Shown here in pieces: positions 25,801-38,900 of a stretch of 64,000 nucleotides of DNA (its first letter is position 1; each line of letters begins with the position of its first letter). Under the pieces are notes generated by a model, which saw only the letters and a program-made list of their open reading frames with translations, searched no databases and had not been told where the DNA came from. The position numbers and the translations under genes are program-made. Source of the stretch: Auanema rhodensis (taxonomy: Eukaryota; Animalia; Nematoda); assembly GCA_964057225.1 (NCBI GenBank), contig OZ059897.1, forward strand, positions 7,874,001 to 7,938,000, written 5' to 3'.

Positions 25801-28800
25801 CATCTCTTTTTGCTTCAACACCTTTTGAATCTGGATAAAGTACATTTCTGATATTTTCAAAGTGTGGACCCAATGACTTGTAGTTCGAACTTGATGTGCC
25901 AAGATATAACGAGAGCGTCAGCCCGCGTGGCCTAATGGATAAGGCGTCTGACTTCTAATCAGAAGATTGTCGGTTCGATCCCGGCCGTGGGCTTCATCTC
26001 TTTTTTCTTCAACACCTTTTGAATCTGGATAAAGTACATTTTTGATATTTTCAAAGTGTGGACCCAATGACTTGTAGTTCGAACTTGATATGCCAAGATA
26101 TAACGAGAGCGTCAGCCCGTGTGGCCTAATGGATAAGGCGTCTGACTTCTAATCAGAAGATTGTCGGTTCGATCCCGGCCGTGGGCTTCATCTCTTTTTG
26201 CTTCAACACCTTTTGAATCTGGATAAAGTACATTTCTGATATTTTCAAAGTGTGGACCCAATGACTTGTAGTTCGAACTTGATGTGCCAAGATATAACGA
26301 GAGCGTCAGCCCGCGTGGCCTAATGGATAAGGCGTCTGACTTCTAATCAGAAGATTGTCGGTTCGATCCCGGCCGTGGGCTTCATCTCTTTTTTCTTCAA
26401 CACCTTTTGAATCTGGATAAAGTACATTTCTGATATTTTCAAAGTCGGGACCCAATGACTTGTAGTTCGAACTTGATGTGCCAAGATATTAGGAGAGCGT
26501 CAGCCCGTGTGACCTAATGGATAAGGCGTCTGACTTCTAATCAGAAGATTGTCGGTTCGATCCCGGCCGTGGGCTTCATCTCTTTTTGCTTCAACACCTT
26601 TTGAATCTGGATAAAGTACATTTCTGATATTTTCAAAGTGTGGACCCAATGACTTGTAGTTCGAACTTGATGTGCCAAGATATTAGGAGAGCGTCAGCCC
26701 GCGTGGCCTAATGGATAAGGCGTCTGACTTCTAATCAGAAGATTGTCGGTTCGATCCCGGCCGTGGGCTTCATCTCTTTTTGCTTCAACACCTTTTGAAT
26801 CTGGATAAAGTACATTTCTGATATTTTCAAAGTGTGGACCCAATGACTTGTAGTTCGAACTTGATGTGCCAAGATATTAGGAGAGCGTCAGCCCGCGTGG
26901 CCTAATGGATAAGGCGTCTGACTTCTAATCAGAAGATTGTCGGTTCGATCCCGGCCGTGGGCTTCATCTCTTTTTGCTTCAACACCTTTTGAATCTGGAT
27001 AAAGTACATTTCTGATATTTTCAAAGTGTGGACCCAATGACTTGTAGTTCGAACTTGATGTGCCAAGATATAAAGAGAGCGTCAGCCCGCGTGGCCTAAT
27101 GGATAAGGCGTCTGACTTCTAATCAGAAGATTGTCGGTTCGATCCCGGCCGTGGGCTTCATCTCTTTTTGCTTCAACACCTTTTGAATCTGGATAAAGTA
27201 CATTTCTGATATTTTCAAATTGTGGACCCAATGACTTGTAGTTCGAACTTGATGTGCCAAGATATAACGAGAGCGTCAGCCCGTGTGACCTAATGGATAA
27301 GGCGTCTGACTTCTAATCAGAAGATTGTCGGTTCGATCCCGGCCGTGGGCTTCATCTCTTTTTGCTTCAACACCTTTTGAATCTGGATAAAGTACTTTTC
27401 TGATATTTTCAAACTCGGGACCCAATGACTTGTAGTTCGAACTTGATGTGCCAAGATATTAGGAGAGCGTCAGCCCGCGTGGCCTAATGGATAAGGCGTC
27501 TGACTTCTAATCAGAAGATTGTCGGTTCGATCCCGGCCGTGGGCTTCATCTCTTTTTGCTTCAACACCTTTTGAATCTGGATAAAGTACATTTCTGATAT
27601 TTTCAAAGTCGGGACCCAATGACTTGTAGTTCGAACTTGATGTGCCAAGATATAACGAGAGCGTCAGCCCGCGTGGCCTAATGGATAAGGCGTCTGACTT
27701 CTAATCAGAAGATTGTCGGTTCGATCCCGGCCGTGGGCTTCATCTCTTTTTGCTTCAACACCTTTTGAATCTGGATAAAGTACATTTCTGATATTTTCAA
27801 AGTGTGGACCCAATGACTTGTAGTTCGAACTTGATGTGCCAAGATATAACGAGAGCGTCAGCCCGCGTGGCCTAATGGATAAGGCGTCTGACTTCTAATC
27901 AGAAGATTGTCGGTTCGATCCCGGCCGTGGGCTTCATCTCTTTTTGCTTCAACACCTTTTGAATCTGGATAAAGTACATTTCTGATATTTTCAAAGTGTG
28001 GACCCAATGACTTGTAGTTCGAACTTGATGTGCCAAGATATAACGAGAGCGTCAGCCCGCGTGGCCTAATGGATAAGGCGTCTGACTTCTAATCAGAAGA
28101 TTGTCGGTTCGATCCCGGCCGTGGGCTTCATCTCTTTTTGCTTCAACACCTTTTGAATCTGGATAAAGTACATTTCTGATATTTTCAAAGTGTGGACCCA
28201 ATGACTTGTAGTTCGAACTTGATGTGCCAAGATATAACGAGAGCGTCAGCCCGCGTGGCCTAATGGATAAGGCGTCTGACTTCTAATCAGAAGATTGTCG
28301 GTTCGATCCCGGCCGTGGGCTTCATCTCTTTTTGCTTCAACACCTTTTGAATCTGGATAAAGTACATTTCTGATATTTTCAAAGTGTGGACCCAATGACT
28401 TGTAGTTCGAACTTGATGTGCCAAGATATAACGTGAGCGTCAGCCCGCGGGGCCTAATGGATAAGGCGTCTGACTTCTAATCAGAAGATTGTCGGTTCGA
28501 TCCCGGCCGTGGGCTTCATCTCTTTTTGCTTCAACACCTTTTGAATCTGGATAAAGTACATTTTTGATATTTTCAAATTGTGGACCCAATGACTTGTAGT
28601 TCGAACTTGATGTGCCAAGATATTAGGAGAGCGTCAGCCCGCGTGGCCTAATGGATAAGGCGTCTGACTTCTAATCAGAAGATTGTCGGTTCGATCCCGG
28701 CCGTGGGCTTCATCTCTTTTTGCTTCAACACCTTTTGAATCTGGATAAAGTACATTTTTGATATTTTCAAACTCGGGACCCAATGACTTGTAGTTCGAAC

Positions 28801-31740
28801 TTGATGTGCCAAGATATAAAGAGAGCGTCAGCCCGCGTGGCCTAATGGATAAGGCGTCTGACTTCTAATCAGAAGATTGTCGGTTCGATCCCGGCCGTGG
28901 GCTTCATCTCTTTTTGCTTCAACACCTTTTGAATCTGGATAAAGTACATTTTTGATATTTTCAAAGTCGGGACCCAATGACTTGTAGTTCGAACTTGATG
29001 TGCCAAGATATAAAGAGAGCGTCAGCCCGCGTGGCCTAATGGATAAGGCGTCTGACTTCTAATCAGAAGATTGTCGGTTCGATCCCGGCCGTGGGCTTCA
29101 TCTCTTTTTGCTTCAACACCTTTTGAATCTGGATAAAGTACATTTTTGATATTTTCAAATTGTGGACCCAATGACTTGTAGTTCGAACTTGATGTGCCAA
29201 GATATAACGAGAGCGTCAGCCCGCGTGGCCTAATGGATAAGGCGTCTGACTTCTAATCAGAAGATTGTCGGTTCGATCCCGGCCGTGGGCTTCATCTCTT
29301 TTTGCTTCAACACCTTTTGAATCTGGATAAAGTACATTTTTGATATTTTCAAAGTGTGGACCCAATGACTTGTAGTTCGAACTTGATGTGCCAAGATATA
29401 AAGAGAGCGTCAGCCCGCGTGGCCTAATGGATAAGGCGTCTGACTTCTAATCAGAAGATTGTCGGTTCGATCCCGGCCGTGGGCTTCATCTCTTTTTGCT
29501 TCAACACCTTTTGAATCTGGATAAAGTACATTTCTGATATTTTCAAATTGTGGACCCAATGACTTGTAGTTCGAACTTGATATGCCAAGATATTAGGAGA
29601 GCGTCAGCCCGCGTGGCCTAATGGATAAGGCGTCTGACTTCTAATCAGAAGATTGTCGGTTCGATCCCGGCCGTGGGCTTCATCTCTTTTTGCTTCAACA
29701 CCTTTTGAATCTGGATAAAGTACATTTTTGATATTTTCAAACTCGGGACCCAATGACTTGTAGTTCGAACTTGATGTGCCAAGATATAAAGAGAGCGTCA
29801 GCCCGCGTGGCCTAATGGATAAGGCGTCTGACTTCTAATCAGAAGATTGTCGGTTCGATCCCGGCCGTGGGCTTCATCTCTTTTTGCTTCAACACCTTTT
29901 GAATCTGGATAAAGTACATTTCTGATATTTTCAAAGTCGGGACCCAATGACTTGTAGTTCGAACTTGATGTGCCAAGATATTAGGAGAGCGTCAGCCCGC
30001 GTGGCCTAATGGATAAGGCGTCTGACTTCTAATCAGAAGATTGTCGGTTCGATCCCGGCCGTGGGCTTCATCTCTTTTTGCTTCAACACCTTTTGAATCT
30101 GGATAAAGTACATTTCTGATATTTTCAAAGTGTGGACCCAATGACTTGTAGTTCGAACTTGATGTGCCAAGATATAACGAGAGCGTCAGCCCGCGTGGCC
30201 TAATGGATAAGGCGTCTGACTTCTAATCAGAAGATTGTCGGTTCGATCCCGGCCGTGGGCTTCATCTCTTTTTTCTTCAACACCTTTTGAATCTGGATAA
30301 AGTACATTTTTGATATTTTCAAAGTGTGGACCCAATGACTTGTAGTTCGAACTTGATATGCCAAGATATAACGAGAGCGTCAGCCCGTGTGGCCTAATGG
30401 ATAAGGCGTCTGACTTCTAATCAGAAGATTGTCGGTTCGATCCCGGCCGTGGGCTTCATCTCTTTTTGCTTCAACACCTTTTGAATCTGGATAAAGTACA
30501 TTTCTGATATTTTCAAAGTGTGGACCCAATGACTTGTAGTTCGAACTTGATGTGCCAAGATATAACGAGAGCGTCAGCCCGCGTGGCCTAATGGATAAGG
30601 CGTCTGACTTCTAATCAGAAGATTGTCGGTTCGATCCCGGCCGTGGGCTTCATCTCTTTTTTCTTCAACACCTTTTGAATCTGGATAAAGTACATTTCTG
30701 ATATTTTCAAAGTCGGGACCCAATGACTTGTAGTTCGAACTTGATGTGCCAAGATATTAGGAGAGCGTCAGCCCGTGTGACCTAATGGATAAGGCGTCTG
30801 ACTTCTAATCAGAAGATTGTCGGTTCGATCCCGGCCGTGGGTTTCATCTCTTTTTGCTTCAACACCTTTTGAATCTGGATAAAGTACATTTCTGATATTT
30901 TCAAAGTGTGGACCCAATGACTTGTAGTTCGAACTTGATGTGCCAAGATATTAGGAGAGCGTCAGCCCGCGTGGCCTAATGGATAAGGCGTCTGACTTCT
31001 AATCAGAAGATTGTCGGTTCGATCCCGGCCGTGGGCTTCATCTCTTTTTGCTTCAACACCTTTTGAATCTGGATAAAGTACATTTCTGATATTTTCAAAG
31101 TGTGGACCCAATGACTTGTAGTTCGAACTTGATGTGCCAAGATATTAGGAGAGCGTCAGCCCGCGTGGCCTAATGGATAAGGCGTCTGACTTCTAATCAG
31201 AAGATTGTCGGTTCGATCCCGGCCGTGGGCTTCATCTCTTTTTGCTTCAACACCTTTTGAATCTGGATAAAGTACATTTCTGATATTTTCAAAGTGTGGA
31301 CCCAATGACTTGTAGTTCGAACTTGATGTGCCAAGATATAAAGAGAGCGTCAGCCCGCGTGGCCTAATGGATAAGGCGTCTGACTTCTAATCAGAAGATT
31401 GTCGGTTCGATCCCGGCCGTGGGCTTCATCTCTTTTTGCTTCAACACCTTTTGAATCTGGATAAAGTACATTTCTGATATTTTCAAATTGTGGACCCAAT
31501 GACTTGTAGTTCGAACTTGATGTGCCAAGATATAACGAGAGCGTCAGCCCGTGTGACCTAATGGATAAGGCGTCTGACTTCTAATCAGAAGATTGTCGGT
31601 TCGATCCCGGCCGTGGGCTTCATCTCTTTTTGCTTCAACACCTTTTGAATCTGGATAAAGTACTTTTCTGATATTTTCAAACTCGGGACCCAATGACTTG
31701 TAGTTCGAACTTGATGTGCCAAGATATTAGGAGAGCGTCA

Positions 31741-31813
31741 GCCCGCGTGGCCTAATGGATAAGGCGTCTGACTTCTAATCAGAAGATTGTCGGTTCGATC
31801 CCGGCCGTGGGCT
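31741..31813 (+). tRNA. tRNA-Arg-TCT: tRNA-Arg(TCT), last copy before the insertion
   Basis: Consensus sequence with an intact terminator. Confidence 0.95.
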
Positions 31814-31879
31814 TCATCTCTTTTTGCTTCAACACCTTTTGAATCTGGATAAAGTACATTTCTGATATTTTCAAAGTCG

Positions 31880-31883
31880 GGAC
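31880..31883. repeat. Target-site duplication GGAC (left)
   Basis: The empty site is TCAAAGTC-G-GGAC-CCAATG and GGAC flanks both ends of the element. The array phase shift across the insertion is 12075 = 12071 + 4. Confidence 0.85.
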
Positions 31884-32249
31884 CGTTCCATTATGCTCCT
31901 ACGTATATTGAACAGACCATTGTAGTCTGCTCAACTACGCGTATAGTATTCCATAAGTGTAGCGGTATGGAAACAGAGCATAAGGATTACATAAGATAAG
32001 GAAATATATAGGTTTATTATACACAATACAATATCATTACAATACATTAACACAAGGATAAAGTAAACTACATTTACAAGACAAAGACTAATATATAAGA
32101 TTAACTAAGTTAGATGCAAACCGTCCATGGGCTTGCAAAGGGGCGAACTCCCGAATAGGGGCATGAGGGAAGGCGGTGCCATTCCTCATTCCTCTAGTCG
32201 GTCTGGCTCTAACCCTGCAGTTACATATATAGAGTCTCCGAATGGAACG
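31884..32249 (-). repeat. 3' LTR, 366 bp, 9-bp terminal inverted repeat CGTTCCATT...AATGGAACG
   Basis: Direct repeat of 43589-43954; no differences found on base-by-base reading. Confidence 0.97.
32013..32018 (-). promoter_or_regulatory. Candidate polyadenylation signal AATAAA in the 3' LTR
   Basis: TTTATT on the + strand, about 130 nt before the LTR end in element orientation. Confidence 0.55.
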
Positions 32250-32251
32250 TG

Positions 32252-32260
32252 CCCTTTTTC
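32252..32260 (-). other. Polypurine tract GAAAAAGGG
   Basis: Purine run on the element strand, 2 nt upstream of the 3' LTR; rather short. Confidence 0.7.
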
Positions 32261-32953
32261 AAAGATTGTCGCGACCTCGCGATATTTTAAACAAAAATTT
32301 GGGCTTATATGTAACTGAGTTTTAGAGTTCAATTGTTTTAGCTTCACAATAACTATAGTATGATAGAGTTTTAGTTAGTATACAAACAAAATTACAATAA
32401 TTTATAAGAAGGGTTCAATATAATATGAAGGGACGATGAATTAGAATATTATTAATTTCATAAATTAATTATCTTAATATTCAAGCATTTCCTAATAGAG
32501 ATTGTAGAATAAAGGGGCTAGTAATGAATGGGAATATGTTATTATTTTGACTAATGGTCTCAAGAAGTACTCATTTCTAAATTGAACCGAGATTATGATT
32601 TAATAATGTGTCTCCATATGTCTCCCAGAGTGAATCCTTGATTACTAATGGAGACTACCACTTAAGATGAAATTGTGGTTGATACGCCTACCAGTGTTCA
32701 TCTCATCTTATTTGGAGAGGCACATGGAGCTCGGATGGTTGTCAAAATGTCCTCTAGTCCGCATAGGATTACGGTAACTTGGAACCATTAGTCATAACAT
32801 CTCCTCGTTTAGAATTTGCCTTATTTTTCCTTTCTCAATCTCTATTAAATGCTATTTTTATTTTGAATGTTATTTAGCATTAATTTTTTTTTTTTTTTTT
32901 AATTCATCGTTATTTTGTTACAATAATTTAAATAACGTAGCATTATCTTGTTG

Positions 32954-35900
32954 TTATTCTTCTTCATTCCTCGGAAGCCATATTTCGTCTTCATTTTCAT
33001 CTTCTGGCTCTGTATCTATGCTATCCTTGTTGTTCCTGTTGATCACTTCTATTATTTCGATGTCGCTATCTTCTTCTGCTTGACTTTCTCGAAACCTTGC
33101 GCGAGTGTTGTAAGAGATGTTTTGTGAAGCAGGAGAGAAGATTTTCAAGTTATCTTTGTGGATATCTTGTAGTTTTCCTGATGAATTTCTGATTTGAACT
33201 TTTGATCCTTCTACGTTGATGACTTCGCATGGTCCATCATAGCTTTTCCGAAGCTTTTGGCCGATTTGGTGTGATTTTATAGTCGTCATCACCATGTCGC
33301 CCGGTTGAATGTCTCTATGGTGTGCTCTTTGCGTTCTATCTTTCTTCTTTTTCGCATTTTCTTGATTTTTAGCTATGCGGTTCTTTATTATTTCGTCTCT
33401 CTTGTCCATATCTGGTCTTCTTTGGAGTAATTCTTCAGAAATTTCTTGAATTTTGGTGATCGTTTCTGGTAATTCAGCGTCCATTGACATTCTGCATTCT
33501 TTACCGAATAATGCAATGTATGGCGCAATCCCTGTAGTCGCGTGCTGAATATTGTTAATAGCAAAAGTGATTTTTGGTAATACAGTATCCCAGTCACTAA
33601 GGTCCTCTTTTAAGTAGTGGGTTAATCCTTCTTCGAGGGTTCGGTGAAGTCTTTCCACTTGTCCATTTGAGTTCTTTTGGTGTGGTAGTGTTGGTTCATG
33701 TTTGATTCCAAGTTTAGTACACATTTCTTCGAACTTTTTAGATACAAAGTTTGAACCTCTATCGGTGATCAAGCGATGGGGTGGTCCAAAAATGTAAACG
33801 AAATGTCTTAGAAATCGATCAATTGTGATTTCCGTTGTTATTTGTGGTACAGCAATTGTTGTTGACCATTTTGTAAATGCGTCTTGCATGGTAATGACGT
33901 AGGTACAGTTTCTTTTTGAAGGGGGAAATGGTCCCATTACGTCCATGTGGACTCGTTCAAATGGCTTGCTTGGTATCTCAAAATGACCTATTGGTTGTAC
34001 CGTCATGGAATGTGGATCTTTTTTTCTTTGAGCACATTTAATGCAGTTCTTGATGAATATAGTAATGTCGTTCTGCATATTTGTCCAATAGAATCTTCTT
34101 AGAATTGCTTCTTTTGTTTTAATAATTCCTTGATGTGCTGCAATTGTAGGATCCTCATGAAAAACTTTGATTATTTCCTCAATTATGGGGTGTTCTTGTG
34201 GTATTACGATAGCGGGTTGTGGCTTTTTGTCTGTTGGTTTTGTATAGAGCAAGTCATTTATGACACAATATCTGTCATTAGCTGTCATGTTCTTTTGTGC
34301 TCTATATTCAATCTCCGCTATCGTCCGTTTAATCCAAGGGGTGCTTAGTTGAATTTCCTTTATTGTTGGTGTATTTATGGCGTTAATGTGAATTTCTTCC
34401 ATTTTCTTCTTCTTTGTTTCCGGCTTAGCATCGTTAGCTTCTTCACCTATATATCGAGATAGAGCATCGCATACTTTATTTAATTGGCCTGCGCGATATT
34501 TTATTTCAATATCATATTCTTGGATGACCAGCTGGAACTTCGCAAGACGACCAAATAAGTCTCTGCGTGTCATTAAGCTGGTAAGAGGTCGATGGTCCGT
34601 AATACATATAGTATGAGTTCCAAGAATGTATGTACGGAATTGATTTAATGCATATACAAGGCCTAATGCTTCTATCTCGATTGGTGCGTAGTTACGTTCG
34701 GCTTTAACTAGTTTTCTGCTTGCAAATGCGATAGGGTGTAGATTTTTCAGAGGTTGTTTTGGATCTTCCGGTTGTAATAATACAGCACCTATGGCGATGT
34801 TACTACCGTCGCTTTCAACTATAAACAAGCGGTCCGATTTAGGTGGGCTTAAAACGGGTGCCTGTATTAAACTTCTTTTAAGGAGGTCTAAAGCTTCTTG
34901 ATGTTTGTTTTCCCATTTGAATTCAGTATCTGCCTTTGTCAGATCGTATAAAGGGCTTGCGATACGTGCAAAATCTTTCATGAATTTGCGAAAGAATCCA
35001 ACCATTCCCAAGAATGCTCGTACACCTGTTGCATTCTTTGGTGCCGGATAATCTTGTATGGCGGCGACTTTTTGAGGGTCAGGTTTTATACCTTGACGTC
35101 CTACAATAAGTCCTAGAAATTTCACTTCTGGTTGAGCAAAAGCGCATTTCTTAAGCTTTATCTTCATTCCCAATTCTTCTACTGCTTGCAGTAAATCATC
35201 GATATCTTTGAGATGTTGTTCTCTTGTATCAGATATAACTAATAGATCGTCCAAATAAACAAATAGTTTACAAGAACATTTACTTTGCAAATACCTTACT
35301 GCTGTTTGAAAGGTATGAGGGGCTCCACAAAGGCCCATCGGCATCCGTTTGTACTGGTATGTGCCGGATGTGGTCGTAAATGCTGTTAGTGGTCGATCTG
35401 ATTTTCTCAAGGATATTTGAAAAAATCCTGACACTAAATCGAAGTTTGAGAAAAATTGGGCGCCTGCTGCCAAATCAACTATGTCAGAAATGCTTGGAAT
35501 GACATAAGTTTGCTTGCGTGTGACATTATTTAAAGCTCGAAAATCTGTCACAAACCTATACGTGTCATCTTTCTTCTTAACTAGTACTACAGGGCTATTA
35601 AATAGAGATGTAGAAGGCTCTATTATGCCTTGCTCAAGCATTTCTTTGACTTGTTTTTCAATTTCTTCCTGTTTTCCTAAGGGAATACGTGTTATTCTCG
35701 GCTTTGGCATATCCATATCTGTTCTCAATGGTATGGTATGCTCTATAGGACCTTTAAATAAGCCTATTTTCCTGTCCTCGTTAAGAAATGCCTCACGATG
35801 GCTTTCAATTATTTTTGTAAGCTCATGTTTTTCTTCTTTCGTGAGATCAGCATTCTCTAGATCAAGATCTTTTATGAAGTCTCTTGGAAAATATGGTAGT

Positions 35901-38900
35901 TTACTCTCCCAATCGGCCTCTGGCGGAACATATGGTAGAATTGGCTTATGCTTAAAGGGTTCACAAGCCGGAATTTCTCCAATTATTGCCTGTCCGATGA
36001 CTGAATTAGCTTCCATAGCTATTGTTTCATCGGTATTGTTACGGAACATAACATATACTCCACTGGTATCACGAAACGCAGTTGGATATAATGATTTTAA
36101 TGCGCTTCCACTATCCCCTAAGACAACCACTTCGTTAGATTCTAGTGGTTTATCTGTCTTTATTGGGATAGGTGCCTCTTCATCAGGCTTTAATGTTTTT
36201 GTTCTTAAATTAATGATATTCACAGTTATCTCCGTATGCTTAATAGATTCGTTTCCTATTAATGGGATGGCATTGTTTCCAATCTCCAACCTCTTCTTGG
36301 ATGGTTTAAGGCTGACGTCGATGTTTTCGCTGTCAAGCGCTTTCATGAAATCTAGTCCAATTAAAGCGGGAGCAGGACAGTCATGATCGTTTGAGACCAA
36401 AAAGGTGTGTTCGATCTCGTAACCGGCAATTTCAATTACAAGATTTATCTTTCCATAAAATGTGAAAGTGGACTTGTTGGCTGCCATCGCTACTAAATGT
36501 CTCTTCTTGACATTTTCGGCCATGTTCAGATATTTGAGGGTGGAGAGCCTAACATATGACACTGATGAGCCTGAATCCCATAAAGCTAAAATCAGTTTAT
36601 CTTCAACTGATATATATATTAATGGTAACTTTGTTTCCGCTGATACAATAGAAGCAACAAATGGTATTGCGATTGGAATAAATGTTACTAAAGCAGGATA
36701 GTATTGCTTCATGATGTTATCTGGCATCTGTTGGTCTGGGCGGCTTACAAGTTCCAATGTTTCTTCATAGCTTGGGGGCTCATTATCTATTTCGTGGACA
36801 TGCATTACGGTTAGTGGAGTGGCTCTGAAGAACCAAAATTTAGCAACAACGAAAAGAATTATTAATACTGCGGCAATCGTAACCATTGATCCTATGAAGA
36901 TGAGTGTTCTCTCAATTGATCCTATTAGAAATTGCTTTACGCTAGTCCAGGCGGAAGTTGTGAACTCAGCTGCTTTAGAGATATAGTCACTGCCCTTTTT
37001 CAAAAGATTAAAGGCGGACGTAATTTTTGGATCGTTGTGAATAGTATGTAAAACATGGTTCTGTCGTATGGATGCTAAACTTGCTCCATATGCAATAGCT
37101 GTTGACATTGAGTAAACTCTCAATGATAAATTGGTGTATAAGTTAGCGCCTGTGAACTTTAAAGGTGTTAATTGGTGGTATTGCGCTTTATCAAAGAGTG
37201 ATATTGGTTTTACTTCAACCGATCCATTTATATTTATCCATTCTCCATTTTGATAGTATACATCTGTGGGTACATGTTCGCAATCTATCTCTTTTCCATG
37301 TGTTAATAAGTCTCTTGATCCTGGAGCAGCAAAATATAATCTCTCATCTTCTGTTATTACTGGTGTTTCCAAATAGCATGTATCATTGATCTTATGATTA
37401 TGATAAACAGCTTTAGGTTGAAGAGGTAGGCATATATGAACATGAACTATATCGCTGCCTACGAAACGGGCTGCAATATCCTCTCTTCCTAAAATAGTCC
37501 TCATTGCTATTGTAGGTTCTATGTGTAAAATAGAACGCCATAGCTCGAGGTATCTATTTTGAATCTCACATATGGATTCATAAGATTCCATGAAATGTTT
37601 CTGTAGCTCTTCTTGTATGAGTGTTGTTGTATATTGTAGATGATCTTGAGCTATTCTGCGAGATACGTTGAGGTTGAATTGTATTTCGTTGTTCACTTTT
37701 GACGCTGTATACGTTGCCTGAGCCTGAATTTCTCTGGTTTCTACGGGTGGAGATGATGTTCTTTGTTTCCTTAAGATTCGTGACGCCGTGTCAGTGACTG
37801 TTGCTAATGTTGTTGGCGAGAGAGTCGTAGTTATCGCGGCTGTTGTCGTCTCAACTGTGGTTGTCGTCGGAATCCGAGTCGTATGGCTTTTAGTTGTCTC
37901 CTGAACTAGTGAAGCGGGTTTGTCCGTTGTTGTCGTTAATGACAGTCTTCTAGTCAGATAAGGCGGTGTTTCAATATCCTCTAACAGTGGTAAAAATGTT
38001 TTTATAAGTAGCTGGCGTGTATCTGCGCTTGGGTTTTGAATGCGAGGGTGGGGCCCTATCGATATACCGTAGTTAGAATCTTTATCTCGATATAATTTGT
38101 TGGTATCTGGCACATTGATTGTTAATTGTCGGAACTTTTCATCATCTACGGCTGCTGCTGTTTTATTTGGCCTTATTACTCGCAATGTCATCAAGTTATG
38201 GTATAAGTAAAGAGTGTTTCTAAGTACTATACGCTCATCAGCATTGTCAGTTGTTAGAGTTGGTCGGATCGGCGGCATGTTCACAAAGGATTTTAAAACC
38301 TCTTGCCTTGATGGTACCGACAGATTGTTTTCAAATATTACCGGTGTATAAGCTAACTCCATCGCTATGCTTTCGGCTCTTTCACGGTAGGATCCGTCTT
38401 TTTCTAGCAGTTTTTCGTCAAATTCGTGTGCTGTTAATCTGTCACCTATCTGTTCTAATAATTGTTGTGAGGTTAAATACCGTATAGCGCCGCGAGTGGT
38501 TGCTGCCAGTTCCTTTTGCGCAAGAAAATAAAGTATTGCTTCCTCAGGGTCGTGTATTTCGTATGTTTGAAGGAAACGTTGTATGGATTTATCAGATACG
38601 GGACTTCTTAAGAAGAAATAAAACTTCTCGGGATGTGCTGAAACCCAGTCAATAATTGAATATGAAGGGTTGACAGCTCGTCTGGCCTTTATAAGCGGTA
38701 TTATCTGATAAATACCAGGATTACTCATCACCGGTCGTAAGAAAGGATAAGGACAAATATTTAATATTAAAGTTTCAAAATCTTCCTGTTTTTGTATCCA
38801 CTCCTTGTTTAATTCAACCGTGCATTCCGCAATTGCTCTTTTATCTCTTTTCGCCGGAAGTTTCTTATATTCTCTCTCTATTAAAACATGGATATTGGTG

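Larger units (their letters stand above)
1..31883 (+). repeat. 194-bp tandem array of tRNA-Arg(TCT) genes, left arm (164 tRNA copies)
   Basis: The unit starting TCTCTTTTTGCTTCAACACC recurs at 1, 195 ... 971 (5x194). tRNA starts run from 119 to 31741, a difference of exactly 163x194, so there are no net indels. Units differ only by scattered substitutions. Confidence 0.98.

Noticed and set aside
1-31883. CRISPR array or SINE cluster interpretation of the repeat
   Set aside because: There are no unique spacers and no cas genes. Units are complete tRNA genes in strict tandem, without poly(A) tails or individual TSDs.
32056-32065. GGATAAAGTA shared between LTR and array spacer; GCCGTGGGC at 42771-42779 shared with the tRNA 3' end
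   Set aside because: Isolated 9-10-bp matches between a 12-kb element and a 194-bp unit are expected by chance.
32127-32318. 63-aa ORF starting in the 3' LTR (also 43394-43630 running into the 5' LTR)
   Set aside because: Short ORFs crossing LTR boundaries with no coding features.
32261-32953. Possible env or extra ORF in the usual position 3' of integrase
   Set aside because: The region is AT-rich with only short open frames; I found no supportable gene.
35514-36386. 290-aa + strand ORF antisense to pol
   Set aside because: It has a TTG start and lies in the antisense frame where stops require particular Tyr/His/Gln codon contexts in pol, so long shadow ORFs are expected. No recognisable motifs.
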